The translations under genes were made by a program, and so were the position numbers. From positions 78,678,304-78,742,000 of the forward strand of contig CM126204.1 in NCBI GenBank assembly GCA_052327205.1: DNA of 63,697 bases. Reading direction: 5' to 3'. The notes below the pieces were generated by a model that worked only from the letters and a program-made list of their open reading frames with translations, was not told the DNA's origin and made no database searches. This document shows, in pieces, positions 1 to 11,470 of this stretch. This DNA comes from Somniosus microcephalus (taxonomy: Eukaryota). How positions within the stretch are numbered: position 1 is the first letter of the stretch; every line of letters begins with the position of its first letter.

Positions 1-227
1 TTAATAAAGCATATGGGATCCTGGGCTTTATAAAATAGAGGCAATAGAGTACAAAAGCCAGGAAGTTATGCTAAACCTCTATAAAACACTCGTTCAGCCC
101 CAGCTGGAGTATTTTGTCCAATTTTAGGCACCACACTTTAGGAAGGATGTGAAGCCTTTGGAGAGGGTAGAGAAGAGATTTACTAGAATGGTTCCAAGGA
201 TGAGCGATTACAGTTACACAGATAGAC
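1..227 (+). mobile_element. CR1 LINE fragment (3' part of ORF2), left piece; continues at ~4143
   Basis: CR1 ORF2 motifs (ctctataaaacactcgttcagccccagctggagtat, gcaccacactttaggaaggatgt). The sequence breaks after 'gatagac' and resumes at 4143 with 'tggtttgttctcctttgagcagagaagg'. Confidence 0.8.
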
Positions 228-281
228 CATCTCCAACAAGAGAAAGTCTAACTACTGCCCCTTAACATTCAACAGTATTAC

Positions 282-570
282 TGTAGGGGTCTACGTACTC
301 CTAGCAAAAAATACTGAACTCGGAGAGGTTCAACAGAAAAGGTTTAATTCTTGAGACTGCATGTTGAACACAAAATGGTGTCAGAGCCTACACCAAGTCC
401 GACTGCCTTTCATCAGTTCACAGCTTCGACTGCCCCTCCCCCGCTCTGGGCTTAACTATGTTGCAGATCGAGTTTCTTAAAGGTGTGATCCTTCTTAAAG
501 GCATGACGCCTGATTTATAGTCTACGGACCGAAAAGCGGATTGTGTCCTTTCTGTGGTCGGTACGCCACA
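282..570 (-). repeat. 3' LTR (289 bp)
   Basis: Differs from 3181-3467 by 3 substitutions and one 2-nt indel by eye. Minus-strand CTATAAA at 520-514 and ATTAAA at 348-343. Confidence 0.95.
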
Positions 571-1760
571 CAGCTCCCCCCAGCATCCGCTAGTAGGGAG
601 TGTACGAACCGGCGTGGCGGCTTGATGGCACGGCCGGAACGGCTCTTGGCGGTTGGTGTCGGGAGCGGGGCAGTCGGACGCGTCGGGCTCTTAGGCGGTC
701 TGCCCCGCGGTGGGGGTTGGCCCACTTGAACGGGTTCGTCGGGCTCTAGGTGCACCAGCTTGAGCCGGTCGACCGACACCTTGTCAGTTCTGCCGCCCAC
801 TTCAAGGAGGAAGAACTTGTTCCCCGTCCGGAGTACCTTGTAGGGTCCATCGTATGGGGGCCGTAGAGGTCCTCGGTGGGCGTCATGGCGCACGAAAACA
901 AATTTGGCCATGTGCAGGCTAGGTGGTACGCGGGTTGCTGGTTCACCGTGCCGGCTGGTGGGTACCGGAGCGAACTGTTGTGCTCAGTTGGCGAAAGCGC
1001 GGCATTGCTGGTCAGCCGACCAGGGGGTCGTGGCGGTGGGCAGGAACTCTCCGGGTACGCGCAGCGGCTGGCCGTACATGAGTTCCGCCGCCGAGGCTTG
1101 CAGGTCTTCCTTGACCGCGGAGCGTAGGCCAAGTAGCACCCACGGGAGGCGGTCGATCCAAGCCTCGTCCTCGAGGCTGGCGCGGAGGGACGCCTTCATG
1201 GACCTGTGGAATCGCTCGCACAGTCCATTGGCTTGGGGGTGGTAAGCCGTGGTGCGGTGAACGGCCACCCCGAGGTTTCGGGCGATGGCGGCCCACAGAT
1301 CAGAGGTGAACTGCGGGCCTCTATCCGACGTCATGTCGGAGGGGACGCCGAACCGAGCGACCCAGGTACCGATGAATGCCCTCGCGATGTCGGCGGTGGT
1401 GGTGGACGTCAGTGGAATGGCCTCAGGCCAGCGGGTGGTACGGTCCACGATTGTCAGCAGATGCGCGTGACCTTGTAATGGCGGCAGGGGGCCGACGAGG
1501 TCGATGTGGGCGTGGTCAAACCTTCTTTCTGGCACGGTGAACTCCTCGAGTGGGGCTTTGACGTGCCGGTGGATTTTGGCACGCTGGCAAGCTATGCAGG
1601 ATCTGGACCAGACGCACACATCTTTGCGCATGCCGCGCCAGACAAATCGGTTGGCCACCAGTCTAATGGACGCGCGGGTGCCGGGGTGTGAGAGGCTGTG
1701 GATGATGTCGAACACCCGTTTTCGCCAGGACGCAGTGACTATGGGGCGGGGTTGCGCCAA
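522..1760 (-). pseudogene. Gypsy integrase (HHCC, DDE core, GPY/F module) with one in-frame stop at 984-986
   Basis: HSLSHPG..CIAC, HIDLVGP, SDRGPQF, NGLCERFH, RPPYDGPYKV. ORFs 984-1760 and 522-911 share a frame. Confidence 0.92.
571..582 (-). promoter_or_regulatory. Polypurine tract (PPT)
   Basis: The minus strand reads GGGGGGAGCTG directly before the TG of the 3' LTR. Confidence 0.8.
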
Positions 1761-2507
1761 GGAGGTGTCGCATTTGACTGACGGCGGACGGGCCGCAGGC
1801 GACGTCGGTCAGTCGCAGCCCTGGGAGGGTTGTGGGTGCGGAGAGCAGATCGGGGTCGGTGCATTGCTCCGCTGCCAGTTGAGCATAGTCCACTGCCAGG
1901 TGGGCGCCGTGGACGGCGGGGCGGGATAGGCAGTCGGCCACCACGTTGTCTCGACCGGAGACGTGCCGGATGTCCGTGGTGAATTCGGACACCGCGGCGA
2001 GCTGGCGTTGTTGCCTGGCTGACCACGGGTCCGCAGATTTCGCCATCGCGAATGTCAGGGGTTTGTGGTCGACAAACGCGGTGAAGGGGCGGCCCTCCAG
2101 AAGAAATCTAAAATGGCGGACGTACAGTGCGAGGAGCTCGCGGTCAAAGGCGCTGTGTTTGGCCTCCGGGGGGGGCGCAGTTGGCGGCTGAAAAAGGCCA
2201 GCGGTTGCCAGGCCTGTTGACCCACTGTTCGTACACGGCGCCGACCGCGTGGTCGGAGGTGTCCGTGGTGAGGGCCACCCTGGCGTTGGGCTGTGGGTGA
2301 GCGAGCATGGTGTCTTCGGCGAGCGCCTTTTTGGTCGAGTCGAAAGCGGTCAACATGTCCGTCGACCACTCAATCGCCATTCTGTCTTTCTCACCCCGGA
2401 GGGCTTCGTATAGGGGCCGCATGAGGGAGGCCGCTCCGGGAATGAAGCGGTTGTAAAAGTTGATCATCCCCAAGAACTCCTGGAGGCCTTTGATGGTGGT
2501 AGGCCTG
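1761..2507 (-). pseudogene. Gypsy RT connection/RNase H remnant, frameshifted
   Basis: GLQEFLGMINFYNRFIP, LTTDTSDHAVGAV, WQPLAFFSRQL, RQQRQLAAVSEF..HVSGRDNVVADCLSR, spread over several frames. Confidence 0.88.
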
Positions 2508-3140
2508 CGAGGTCGATGGTGACGGTGCGGGTGCTGTACGTCCGGATGTCGGTGTCGTTGGCGGCAGCCAGCGCAGGGCCGCGGCCGCCTCACTGGATCT
2601 CGAGGGCGGACGCGGGGATGATGCTGCGCTGCACGCCCGTGTTGCACAGGAAACGGCATCTGGAGGCGCTGTCCGTAACGTACAGCAGCGCGCCTGCTTG
2701 CCCCATGGCCATCGTGTAGGCCGGTGTGGGGGTGGTTGGAAACGTGCAGGGATGGCTGCAGCGGCGTGCCCGTGCGCCGAACCGGGTATGGATGTAGCAG
2801 TAGCCCTGGGTCGGAGGGCTTGGGGGACGTGGGGGCCTGGGGGGCCTCGTGGCCGAGCTGTGTGGCCGCGCGATAGAGGGTGGAGCGCGCGCCGACGCTG
2901 CGGAGGCCAGGTCGGGGGTGATGGCGTGGTTGGAGCCGGTGGACAGGAGCTTATTGGCTTTGTCGGCCAGGACCTCGAGGTCCGTGAGGCTGGACGCCAC
3001 GATCGCTGGGCGGATGCTGGGAGGTAGTTGGCAGTGATGCCGCGGAGCCGAAATTGCGATTTGGCTTGAAGGAACCAGGCGGTGGCTAGGTTCTCCCAGA
3101 ACTCCGGCAGCTTCACAGAAACTGCGTTTGTGTCAGCCAT
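2508..3140 (-). pseudogene. Gypsy gag (partly deleted) and aspartic protease remnant
   Basis: N-terminus MADTNAVSVKLPEFW..AWFLQAKSQF..RGIT, Cys/His knuckle CYIHTRFGARARRCSHPC, and protease motif FLCNTG (expected DTG). Confidence 0.85.
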
Positions 3141-3165
3141 GGTTACGCTTAGGAGTTGTCTTGAG

Positions 3166-3179
3166 CGTCGGGGTCACCA
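3166..3179 (-). promoter_or_regulatory. Primer binding site complementary to tRNA-Trp 3' end
   Basis: The minus strand reads TGGTGACCCCGACG, 1 nt inside the 5' LTR. This equals the first 14 nt of the tRNA-Trp PBS of avian leukosis/sarcoma viruses (TGGTGACCCCGACGTGAT). Confidence 0.88.
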
Positions 3180-3180
3180 A

Positions 3181-3467
3181 TGTAGGAGTCTACGTACTCC
3201 TAGCAAAAAATACTGAACTCGGAGAGGTTCAACAGAAAAGGTTTAATTCTTGAGACTGCATGTTGAACACAAAATGGCGTCAGAGCCTACACCAAGTCCG
3301 ACTGCCTTTCATCAGTTCACAGCTTCGACTGCCCCTCCCCCGCTCTGGGCTTAACTATGTTGCAGATCGAGTTTCTTAAAGGTGTGATCCTTCTTAAAGG
3401 CATGACGCCTGATTTATAGTCTATGGACCGAAAAGCGGATTGTGTCCTTTGTGGTCGGTACGCCACA
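3181..3467 (-). repeat. 5' LTR (287 bp)
   Basis: Near-identical copy of 282-570, adjacent to the PBS. Confidence 0.95.
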
Positions 3468-4142
3468 TTACCATTGTTGAATCTCCCACCATCAACATCC
3501 TGGGGGGTCACCACTGGCCAGAAACTCAACTGGACAAGCCACATAAATATTGTGGCTACAACAGCAGGTCAGAGGCTAGGTATTCTGCGGCGAGTGTCTC
3601 ACTTCCTGACTCCCCAAAGCCTTTCCACCATCTACAAGGTACAATTCAGGAGTGTGATGGAATACTCTCCACTTGCCTGGATGAGTGCAGCTCCAACAAC
3701 ACTCAAGAAGCTCAACACCATCCAGGACAAAGCAGCCCACTTGATTGGCACCCCATCCGACACCTTAAACATTCTCTCCCTCCACCACTGGCGCACCATG
3801 GCTGCAGTGTACCATCTAGAAGATGCTCTGCTGCAGCAACTCGCCAAGGCTTCTTCGACAGCACCTCGAAACCCACAATCTACCACCTAGAAGGACAAGT
3901 GGGAACACCACCACCTGCAAGTTCCCCATCACAAGTCACACACCGTCCTGACTTGGAAATGTATCACCGTTACCTCATCGTCGGTGGGTCAAAACCCTGG
4001 AACTCCCTACCCAACAGCAATGTGGGAGTACCTTCACCACACAGACTGCAGCGGTTCAAGAAGGCAGCTCACCACCACCTTCTCAAGGGCAATTAGGGAT
4101 GGGCAATAAATGCTGGCCTTGCCAGCAACACCCACATACCAT

Positions 4143-4548
4143 GTGGTTTGTTCTCCTTTGAGCAGAGAAGGCTAAGAGGAGATTTTATAGAGGTGTTTAA
4201 AATCATGAAGGGTTTTAGATACAGTAAATAAAGAGAAAGTGTTTCCAATGGCTGAAGGATCGATAACCAGAGGGCACAGATTTAAGGTTTTTGGCAAAAG
4301 AACCAGAGGCGGCATGAGGAAAAACGTTTTTTCTTTTACGCAACGAGTGGTTAGGATTCAGAATGCACTGCCTGATAGGGTGGGGGATACAGATTCAATA
4401 GTAGCCTTCAAAAGGGAATTGGATAAATATGATGGATATGGAAAAGGAGCGGGGGAGTGGGACTAACTGGATTGCTCTTCAGAAGAGCCGGCGCAGACTC
4501 GATGGGTCGAATGACCTCCTTCTGTGCTGTACTATTCTATGATTGTAT
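4143..4548 (+). mobile_element. CR1 LINE 3' end (right piece of the element at 1-227)
   Basis: ORF 4239-4466 has TRGHRFK..FTQRVVRIQNALP..AFKRELDKY. The CR1 3'UTR ends in tattctatgattgtatg. Confidence 0.85.
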
Positions 4549-6831
4549 GACATATGAATATCCACAAGAAAAAAGTCTGTATACTGCAGTTTGGAAAGTG
4601 TTCATGTGCTAATTGTACAAATTAATCCAACATTCAAGTTGAAAAAATGAACTTTAGACACAATTATTTAACTATCAGATAGATAAATAAAGTCAGATTG
4701 TAACAGTACATTTTTGTGTATTTACAGATTTCACACACAGACCATTGATGGAATTGGAAGGAAGTTTTGGTGGAGAAGTTAAATAAAAATGCACATTATT
4801 TTACTACCTTTCAAGATTTTTAAAAACCTGAATCAGGCCCCTCTTGATAATCTATTCAACAGAAGGAAACCACCCATTTTTCTAGCTTCTGCTAACCTAA
4901 TATTTTAAATGCTGCAGTCATCATTGTCACTTCTGAGTACTTAGCATGTAGTGTCCTTTTGAAAATAATGTGCTCAAAATTATATACAATAAAAATCAAA
5001 TTTGGCTTTACCAATGGAACATTAAAGACTTTAGACTCTGGAACAAGGACTTTTGAGATGCATTGCAGAATCTTGTTATGTTGCTGACAACAACCCGCTG
5101 TTGGCTGAACAACTTCAATTAACAATCACTAATTACACTTAAATATTTTCCTTTCTACTTTTGCTGATGAACACAAACCATTGTGTATCAGGTGTCTTAA
5201 ATAATCTAATCCATCCCGAACCTTTGACTACAATTGCTATCTGGTCAAATAGTTTAGTATCATCAGCAAATGCAGTAATATGACCATCAGATGCACCCTC
5301 CTAGATACCATTTATAAATAGCACAAACATCTGTTGTAGTTCTATACCAAACTTATGGAACTTCACTTGTCACTCTCTTCCCTACCCCCACAAAAACATA
5401 TTTATTCATTAATGTGCAAAGAGCTTAATTTCAAGGTATTTGAGTATCTTTAGAACACGAGTAACTGACCTCCATGCACATTATAGGCTCCTGAACCAGG
5501 CTAACTAGATGTTGAATTTCTCCATCGAGTGCAACTGAAGTTAAAATAGGATGAAAGATTGAGCAAAAAGGCAGACAAAGTGAGGCAGAAGCTATAAATT
5601 CAGGAACAAGCAAGGAAATATGGAATAAAGTGGATACAAGCCAGAAAAGGCAGCAGAACCAGCCACTGTAATTGGACATTTTGATGCTCCTAAATCTTAT
5701 ATAAAGCATCTTCAACTCTGGGACAGGCTGATAACCAAGATTTAGAATAAATATTACATATGATTGTGTCACAAGGGAAATTAGGCATGTTGACTTTCAA
5801 CTATGAAGTTAGCCATTTCTAACAGATATTTTTGTATTTCTATATTCATTGCCTTTCTTTTCTCTACATTCATTCACTTTCCCTTCCTCAGGTACACAAG
5901 TCAACCAACTTTTATGCTCCAAAGTGATTTCATTGAGTTGACCACGCTATAATTATCAAATAAGCAGATTATTGGAAAATAGGCCTTTTGCTCAGCAAAA
6001 ATCAATCAAAAATCAGATATTAAATAATCTATTTTACAGATTCTTCACAGTTCCTGCATAAGTTAATACAAGTTATAACACCTTTCAGAGAGAAACAATA
6101 TAGCAAGTGTTATCTACAGTTATTACATTTATATATGTCCTTCACCCCAATTATATGGTCCAGTTAGATTTGAAACACAAACTATCCCTCAGGAGTTATA
6201 TGTCCAAATTACACAAAAAGGCATCTAAAGAAAACAGGTTTGCGTTGCCAACCCAGTGTTGTCAATCTATCAATAGGTGACTGAATCTACCTCATAGGAC
6301 CTTGTTTTGCTCATTTGAGTGCAATGCATTGGTAAATGTGGAATGCCTTTTCATGAAATGTTATTAGACTTATGGAATAGCTGCTTAAGTCAAAGTTCAT
6401 GGACAATATTTTAAACTCCTTTCAAAATGTCATACTTTGTTAGAGCTGTGACTAAAACAATGTCATATTGAAGGGCTCCAATTGTAGGTCTGCTAGATAA
6501 TAAACAATAAAACAAAGTCATTATGGGACCTCAGTAACATTCATACTCAGAACTGTTGTGCTTCTGCAAGAAGCAATAAAATCAATCAATGCCAATTCAT
6601 GAATTTTCAATCTAAGTGAAGAATTTCGTTATGAAGTTAGTAATTTATATACATTAGATTCGGTCCCCGCCACCACCGATTTATGTACTATAAAATAAAT
6701 TAATTTGTCCAAATCACATGCATATTCCCACATTGCAAAATATGCAAAGCATTCACTATAACAGCAAGAACAAACCTCGTTTGTCCAAAAATAAAATGTC
6801 ATTGCCTGCACAGCCGGAGGCTTTCACTTAC

Positions 6832-7119
6832 ACGGGATATAAATGTAGCTTTCCGGATACTCTCTTCCATCTCCTTCCCTCCAGGGTGTATCTTTGTCAC
6901 ATGCGTCCACATTCTTTGCCAAGTTCGCTCATCAATCGGGAAGCCACTTTTATTCACATAGAAAAGCACCCCACCATCTTTCTCGTCTTCTTCTCCGGAT
7001 GATTTGCTGACATTATTGCTCGAAGCTGTTACCGGCTTTGCACCTGTAGTATTGGCAGCCTTTGATCTGGTTTGCTTACCTACTTTAACACCAACGCTAT
7101 TGCCACTGACGCCTGTCAT
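6832..7119 (-). CDS. VASH2: Vasohibin-2 (tubulinyl-Tyr carboxypeptidase 2), first coding exon (96 codons)
   Basis: MTGVSGN...[54 protein letters not shown] matches the VASH2 N-terminus ([24 protein letters not shown]). ATG at 7119 and phase-0 donor GTAAGT after 6832. Adjacent to FLVCR1 as in human. Confidence 0.93.
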
Positions 7120-7249
7120 GTTGATGTATCCTGCCCCCAATTCCCTTTCCCTGTCCTTTTAATAATATGTTCATCTATGATGGATTCATCGCAGCGAGAT
7201 TATTTTAAATGATTACTTCCAAATTCCATGAAATTGCAACCTCATCAAT

Positions 7250-7630
7250 TCCCATTATCTCGATCCGTAGTCGCCGTCTCAACCCTGCTTGATACAAGCC
7301 TTATTTTGTTACTCCGTTACCCCAGCAGTCGGTAAGTTTCACTCATTCATATTGGCTGATCCCACGAGCTGCTGGGCGTGGCCATGAGTCATCCGTGCGG
7401 TCACATTGGCTCCTTCCATCGAATGAAGCGGCAGTAATAACATTCGCAGCAATTCCATTGGCTGCGAGTGTATGGTAAGGCGGAGCTAAAAGTGAATAAA
7501 TTTAAATAAATTAAAATCTGTCTCAAACCCCTATTATGACCTCGCGTTGCACAGTGAACGCGAGCCCAAGTCGTCTCTAACATATTGAGGGTCGGCCCGT
7601 GTTCTTTGCAATGGGTCTGCGCTACTGCCA
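7250..7630 (-). promoter_or_regulatory. Putative VASH2 promoter
   Basis: Locally CpG-enriched. Three minus-strand CCAAT boxes (ATTGG at 7351, 7405, 7457), Sp/KLF box GGGCGTGG at 7374-7381 and AP-1 site TGAGTCA at 7385-7391, just upstream of the start exon. Confidence 0.6.
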
Positions 7631-8214
7631 CCCACTGGCTTCCTCTTCAGTTGAATAATAATTTTCTATTATTCGGATATTCCCTTTGGATTTTAGTATA
7701 GATTCTTCACAAAGGGATAACACTGTTTATTAAAGGAACAGCAAAACTGAATTAACATTGATGACATATCTGCCAATTAGAAATATACAACCTATACCAT
7801 CAGATCTGTGGGCATTGCACATGGTAAGTCAAGGGTTAGGCTTTTGCAAGAGTGTGGACGCATATCAGGATTAAAAGAAGTTTGAGGGATATGCTAAGAG
7901 AGAGTTAACGTGTTAATTAAATGGTTTCTGGGAATTAAAGAATGGTTTCCTGACCAACTACAAGTAGATAAATAAAGTTGTTTTCCTCACATACACGATT
8001 CACAAATAAATCAATCTGTACATGGGTCACGAGGGGAACACTTCTTTACCTAGGATATCAAATAGACAACGTTGTCACGTCTGTTTGGAGAGCAGGTTTT
8101 CATAGTGAGAGCTAAGGAATATAAACATTGAGAAAATATTAAACTAATTCCTTAATATTAAACTAAATCTTTCCTTTTGTACGAAATATTTCTGTAGCAG
8201 TAATTAGTGTTATC

Positions 8215-8628
8215 CTAATGATACAGCTCAGAAGGAGGTCATTCGGCCTATCGCCCCTGTGCCGGCTCTTTGAAAGAGCTATCCAATTCGTCTCACTCCC
8301 TTGCTCTTTCCCATAGCCCTGCAATTTTGTCCCCCTCAAGTGTTTACCCAATTCACTTTTGAAAGTTACTACTGAATTTACTTCCACCACCCTTTCAGGC
8401 AGTGCATTCCAGATCACAACAACTCACTGCATTTTTTTCATGTCGCCTCTGGTTCTTTTGCCAATTACTTTAAATCTGGTTACCAACCCTTCTGCCACTG
8501 GAAACAATTTCTCCTTATTTACTCAGTTTCTATAGTCTCTCCATATAGTGAAGTCTTTCATCCATGGTACCATTTTAGTAAATCTCCTCTTGATATCCTT
8601 CCTAAAATGCAATGCCCAGAATTGGCCA
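8215..8628 (-). mobile_element. CR1 LINE 3' fragment
   Basis: ORF 8163-8417 reads WNALPERVVEVNSVVTFKSEL, followed by CR1 3'UTR motifs. Confidence 0.8.
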
Positions 8629-8716
8629 CAAAAAGTTCTGCTTAAATTCACACGGTGTATTTCTGACTTCATTTCCTGGACATCTCCATCTCTAGTAATG
8701 GGCTTTCCACTGACAT

Positions 8717-10099
8717 AGAATCCTAAAAATTTACAGCACAGAAGGAGGCCATTTGACCCATCATGTTTGTGCTGGCCTAAAAAGAGCTATCCAGCATAAT
8801 CCCACGTTTCAGTTCTTGGTCTGTAGCCTTGTAGGTTGCAGCACTTTAAGTGCTTATCCAAGTACTTTTTAAATGCGATGAGGGTCTCTGCCTCTACTAC
8901 CCTTTCAGGCAGCGAGTTCCAGACCTCCACCATCCTCTGGGTGAAAAACAATTCTCTTCAACTCCCCTGTAATTCTTTTACCAATTACTTAAAATCTATG
9001 CCCCCTGGTTATTGCCCTCTCTGGTAGAGGAAATAGGTCCTTCCTATCTACTCTATACACCTATAAATCTCCCCTCAGCCTCCTCTGTTCCAAAGAAAAC
9101 AACCCCAGCCTATCCAATCTTTTCTCATAGCTAAAATTCTCCAGTCCTGGCAACATTCTCGTAAATCTCCTCTGAACCCTCTCTAGTGCAATCACATCTT
9201 TCCTGTAATGTGGTGACAAGAACTGTATGCAGGACTCTAACTGTGGCCTAACTAGTGTTTTATACAGTTCTAGCATAACCTCCCTGCTCTTATATTCTAT
9301 GCCTCGGCTAATAAAGGAAAGTATTCCCGTATGCCATCTTAACCACCTCATCTACCTGTCCTGCTACCTTCAGGGATCTGTGGACATGCACTCCAAGGTC
9401 CCTCTGTTCCTCTACATTTCTCAGTATCCTACCATTTATTGTGTAATCCCTTGCATGTTTGTCCTCCCCAAATGCAATACCTCACACTTTTCTGGATTGA
9501 ATTCCATTTGCCACTTTTGTGCCCACCTGGCCAGTCCATTGATAGCTTCCTGCGGTCTACAGCTTTCTTCCTCACTATCAACCACGCGGCCAATGTTTGT
9601 ATCAAGTGCAAACTTCTTTACCCCTACATTGAAATCTAAATTATTGATGTATACCACAAAAAGCAAGGGACCTAGTTCTGAGCCCTGTGGAACCCCACTG
9701 GAAACAGCCTTCCAATCACAAAAACATCCGTCGACCTTTTGCTTCCTGCCACTGAGCCAATTTTGGATCCAACTTGCCACTTTCCCTTGGATCCCATGGA
9801 CTTTTACTTTTCTGACCAGTCTACCATGTGGGACCTTGTCAAAAGCTATGCTAAAATCTATGTAGACTACATCAAACTAACCTCATCAACCCTTCTTGTT
9901 ACCTCCTCAAAAAATTTGATCAAGTTAGTCAGACATGACCTTCCCTTAACAAATCCATGCTGACTATCCTTGGTTAATCCGTGCCTTTCTAAATGATGAT
10001 TAATACTGTCCCTCAGTATTTTTTCCAACAATTTGCCCACCACCGAGGTTAGGCCGACTGGCCTGTAATTACTCGGTCTATCCCTTTCTCCTTTTTCAA
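8717..10099 (-). mobile_element. 5'-truncated CR1 LINE, frameshifted RT
   Basis: NYRPVGLTSVVGK, SGVPQGSELGP, YKTLVRPQLE..ERVQRRFTRM. ACAT is repeated at both junctions (8713-8716, 10100-10103). Confidence 0.9.
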
Positions 10100-11470
10100 A
10101 CATCTATTACAAGCCCACTGAATCCCATTATTATCTTAATTATGCTTCTTCCAACCTTGCCTCCTGTAAGGGCTCCATCTCTTTCACCAGTTTCTGTCAC
10201 ATTTGTTCTGACGACTCCATTTTCCCCAACAGTGCTTCTGAAATATCTTCCTTTTTCCAGGGTCGAGGTTCCTTCATCAGTTGTCAGCATAACCCATGCC
10301 ATGTCTGTCTCATTTTCCACACGTCTGCTCTTAACCCTCCTCCCCCATCCTATCACTACTTTGTCCTCATCTTCCATCCCACCAGGCTCCACTTGTGCCA
10401 GATCATCTGTGATTTGTGACCCCTACAAAATGATCCCATGACTAAGCACATTCTCTCAACCCTCCCCTATCTGCAATACATTTATCCATTCTTCCATCGC
10501 TTCTATTTCCAGCTGTCCTTCCATTGGCACCTTCCCATTCAACTGCAGAAGATGTAACGTATCTATTTGCCTTTTCCCATATTGTTGAGATTAACTTATC
10601 TCTGGTCTTTCAAATAATCAGGATCGACTGTAACCAACATGGTGGGTATGTTGTGTTTAATCGGAGTTTAAGATGGATATAACACACTAGTTATACAGCA
10701 AAAACATATGACTGTGACAAGACCAGTCCAAATCAGACAGAACAGCTGGCGTGAGCGAACAGCTCTTCTTCTCTCTCTCTTCTTGAACTACTGGACCAGA
10801 GTTAACATCCACCCTCGGGAGCTCTCCACTCCACCGTCTGTGCTAGGGGCATTTCAGGTCTTTCTTTTATACTCTTTTTAGGGGTGAACCTGGGGTAGAA
10901 TATGCTGTGGACTGTTTTCCCCTTATCTCATCTGGCCCGGTCTTCCCAAGTTTGGCGTCAACAACTTCTGAGACATACCAGGCTCGGCCTTCAGACTCTT
11001 CCAGTCAGGGGCTCCATTGTTCGTAACTGCTTGTTATCAGTTATTTATGTTCAAAACTGTTCATGCAGCTAGCTGTGCAAACTAACTATTTCATTCCATT
11101 ATCAGACCAGTACCATGAAATGAATCATTAAATTCCCAAAGATATCCTCTATTCTATTCTCTCACACTGGTCAACTTATACATCTTAGTAAGCAGTTTTT
11201 GTTAAACAAAGTCAAAATCCTAACTTAGCATTATAATATGGTTATTAGTGGTAATGGAAGAAACATAGGCGTTGGGCCTTGGTTGGCCATATTAAAGATA
11301 GTCAGCAGCCTTCCTAGCACACAAACAGCTAGCCTGGGAAGCAAGGTCATATGTGACTGCCACTGTGTGGAATGCCATAACATCTGCAGGAAACCAAAAA
11401 CATAGGCAACTTTTAAGCATCTATCCAGCTACTCTAATACTAGTCTGAAGACACTTTATCTCAAGCTACA

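Larger units (their letters stand above)
282..3467 (-). mobile_element. Ty3/Gypsy LTR retrotransposon, internally deleted (non-autonomous), recent insertion
   Basis: Two LTRs with TG...CA ends (282-570, 3181-3467) and a perfect 4-bp TSD TTAC (278-281, 3468-3471). PBS, PPT and gag/protease/RNase H/integrase remnants are present. The interior is GC- and CpG-rich. Confidence 0.96.
228..4143 (+). mobile_element. 5'-truncated non-LTR retrotransposon (CR1/L2 group), 228-281 plus 3468-4143, split by the Gypsy element
   Basis: The empty site reads 'aacagtattac|cattgttgaatctcccacc'. ORF 3423-3890 carries C-terminal LINE motifs (GQRLGILRRVSHFLTPQSLSTIYK..RSVMEYSPLAW). The 3' tail has aataaa and ends at cccacataccatg. 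Confidence 0.75.

Noticed and set aside
541-3037. Many overlapping ORFs on both strands
   Set aside because: These are by-products of high GC in the Gypsy interior. Only the minus-strand gag/pol frames carry real motifs.
6799-7140. 113-aa ORF as a complete single-exon protein
   Set aside because: It starts at a non-ATG codon and reads through a consensus donor at 6831. It is the first coding exon of VASH2.
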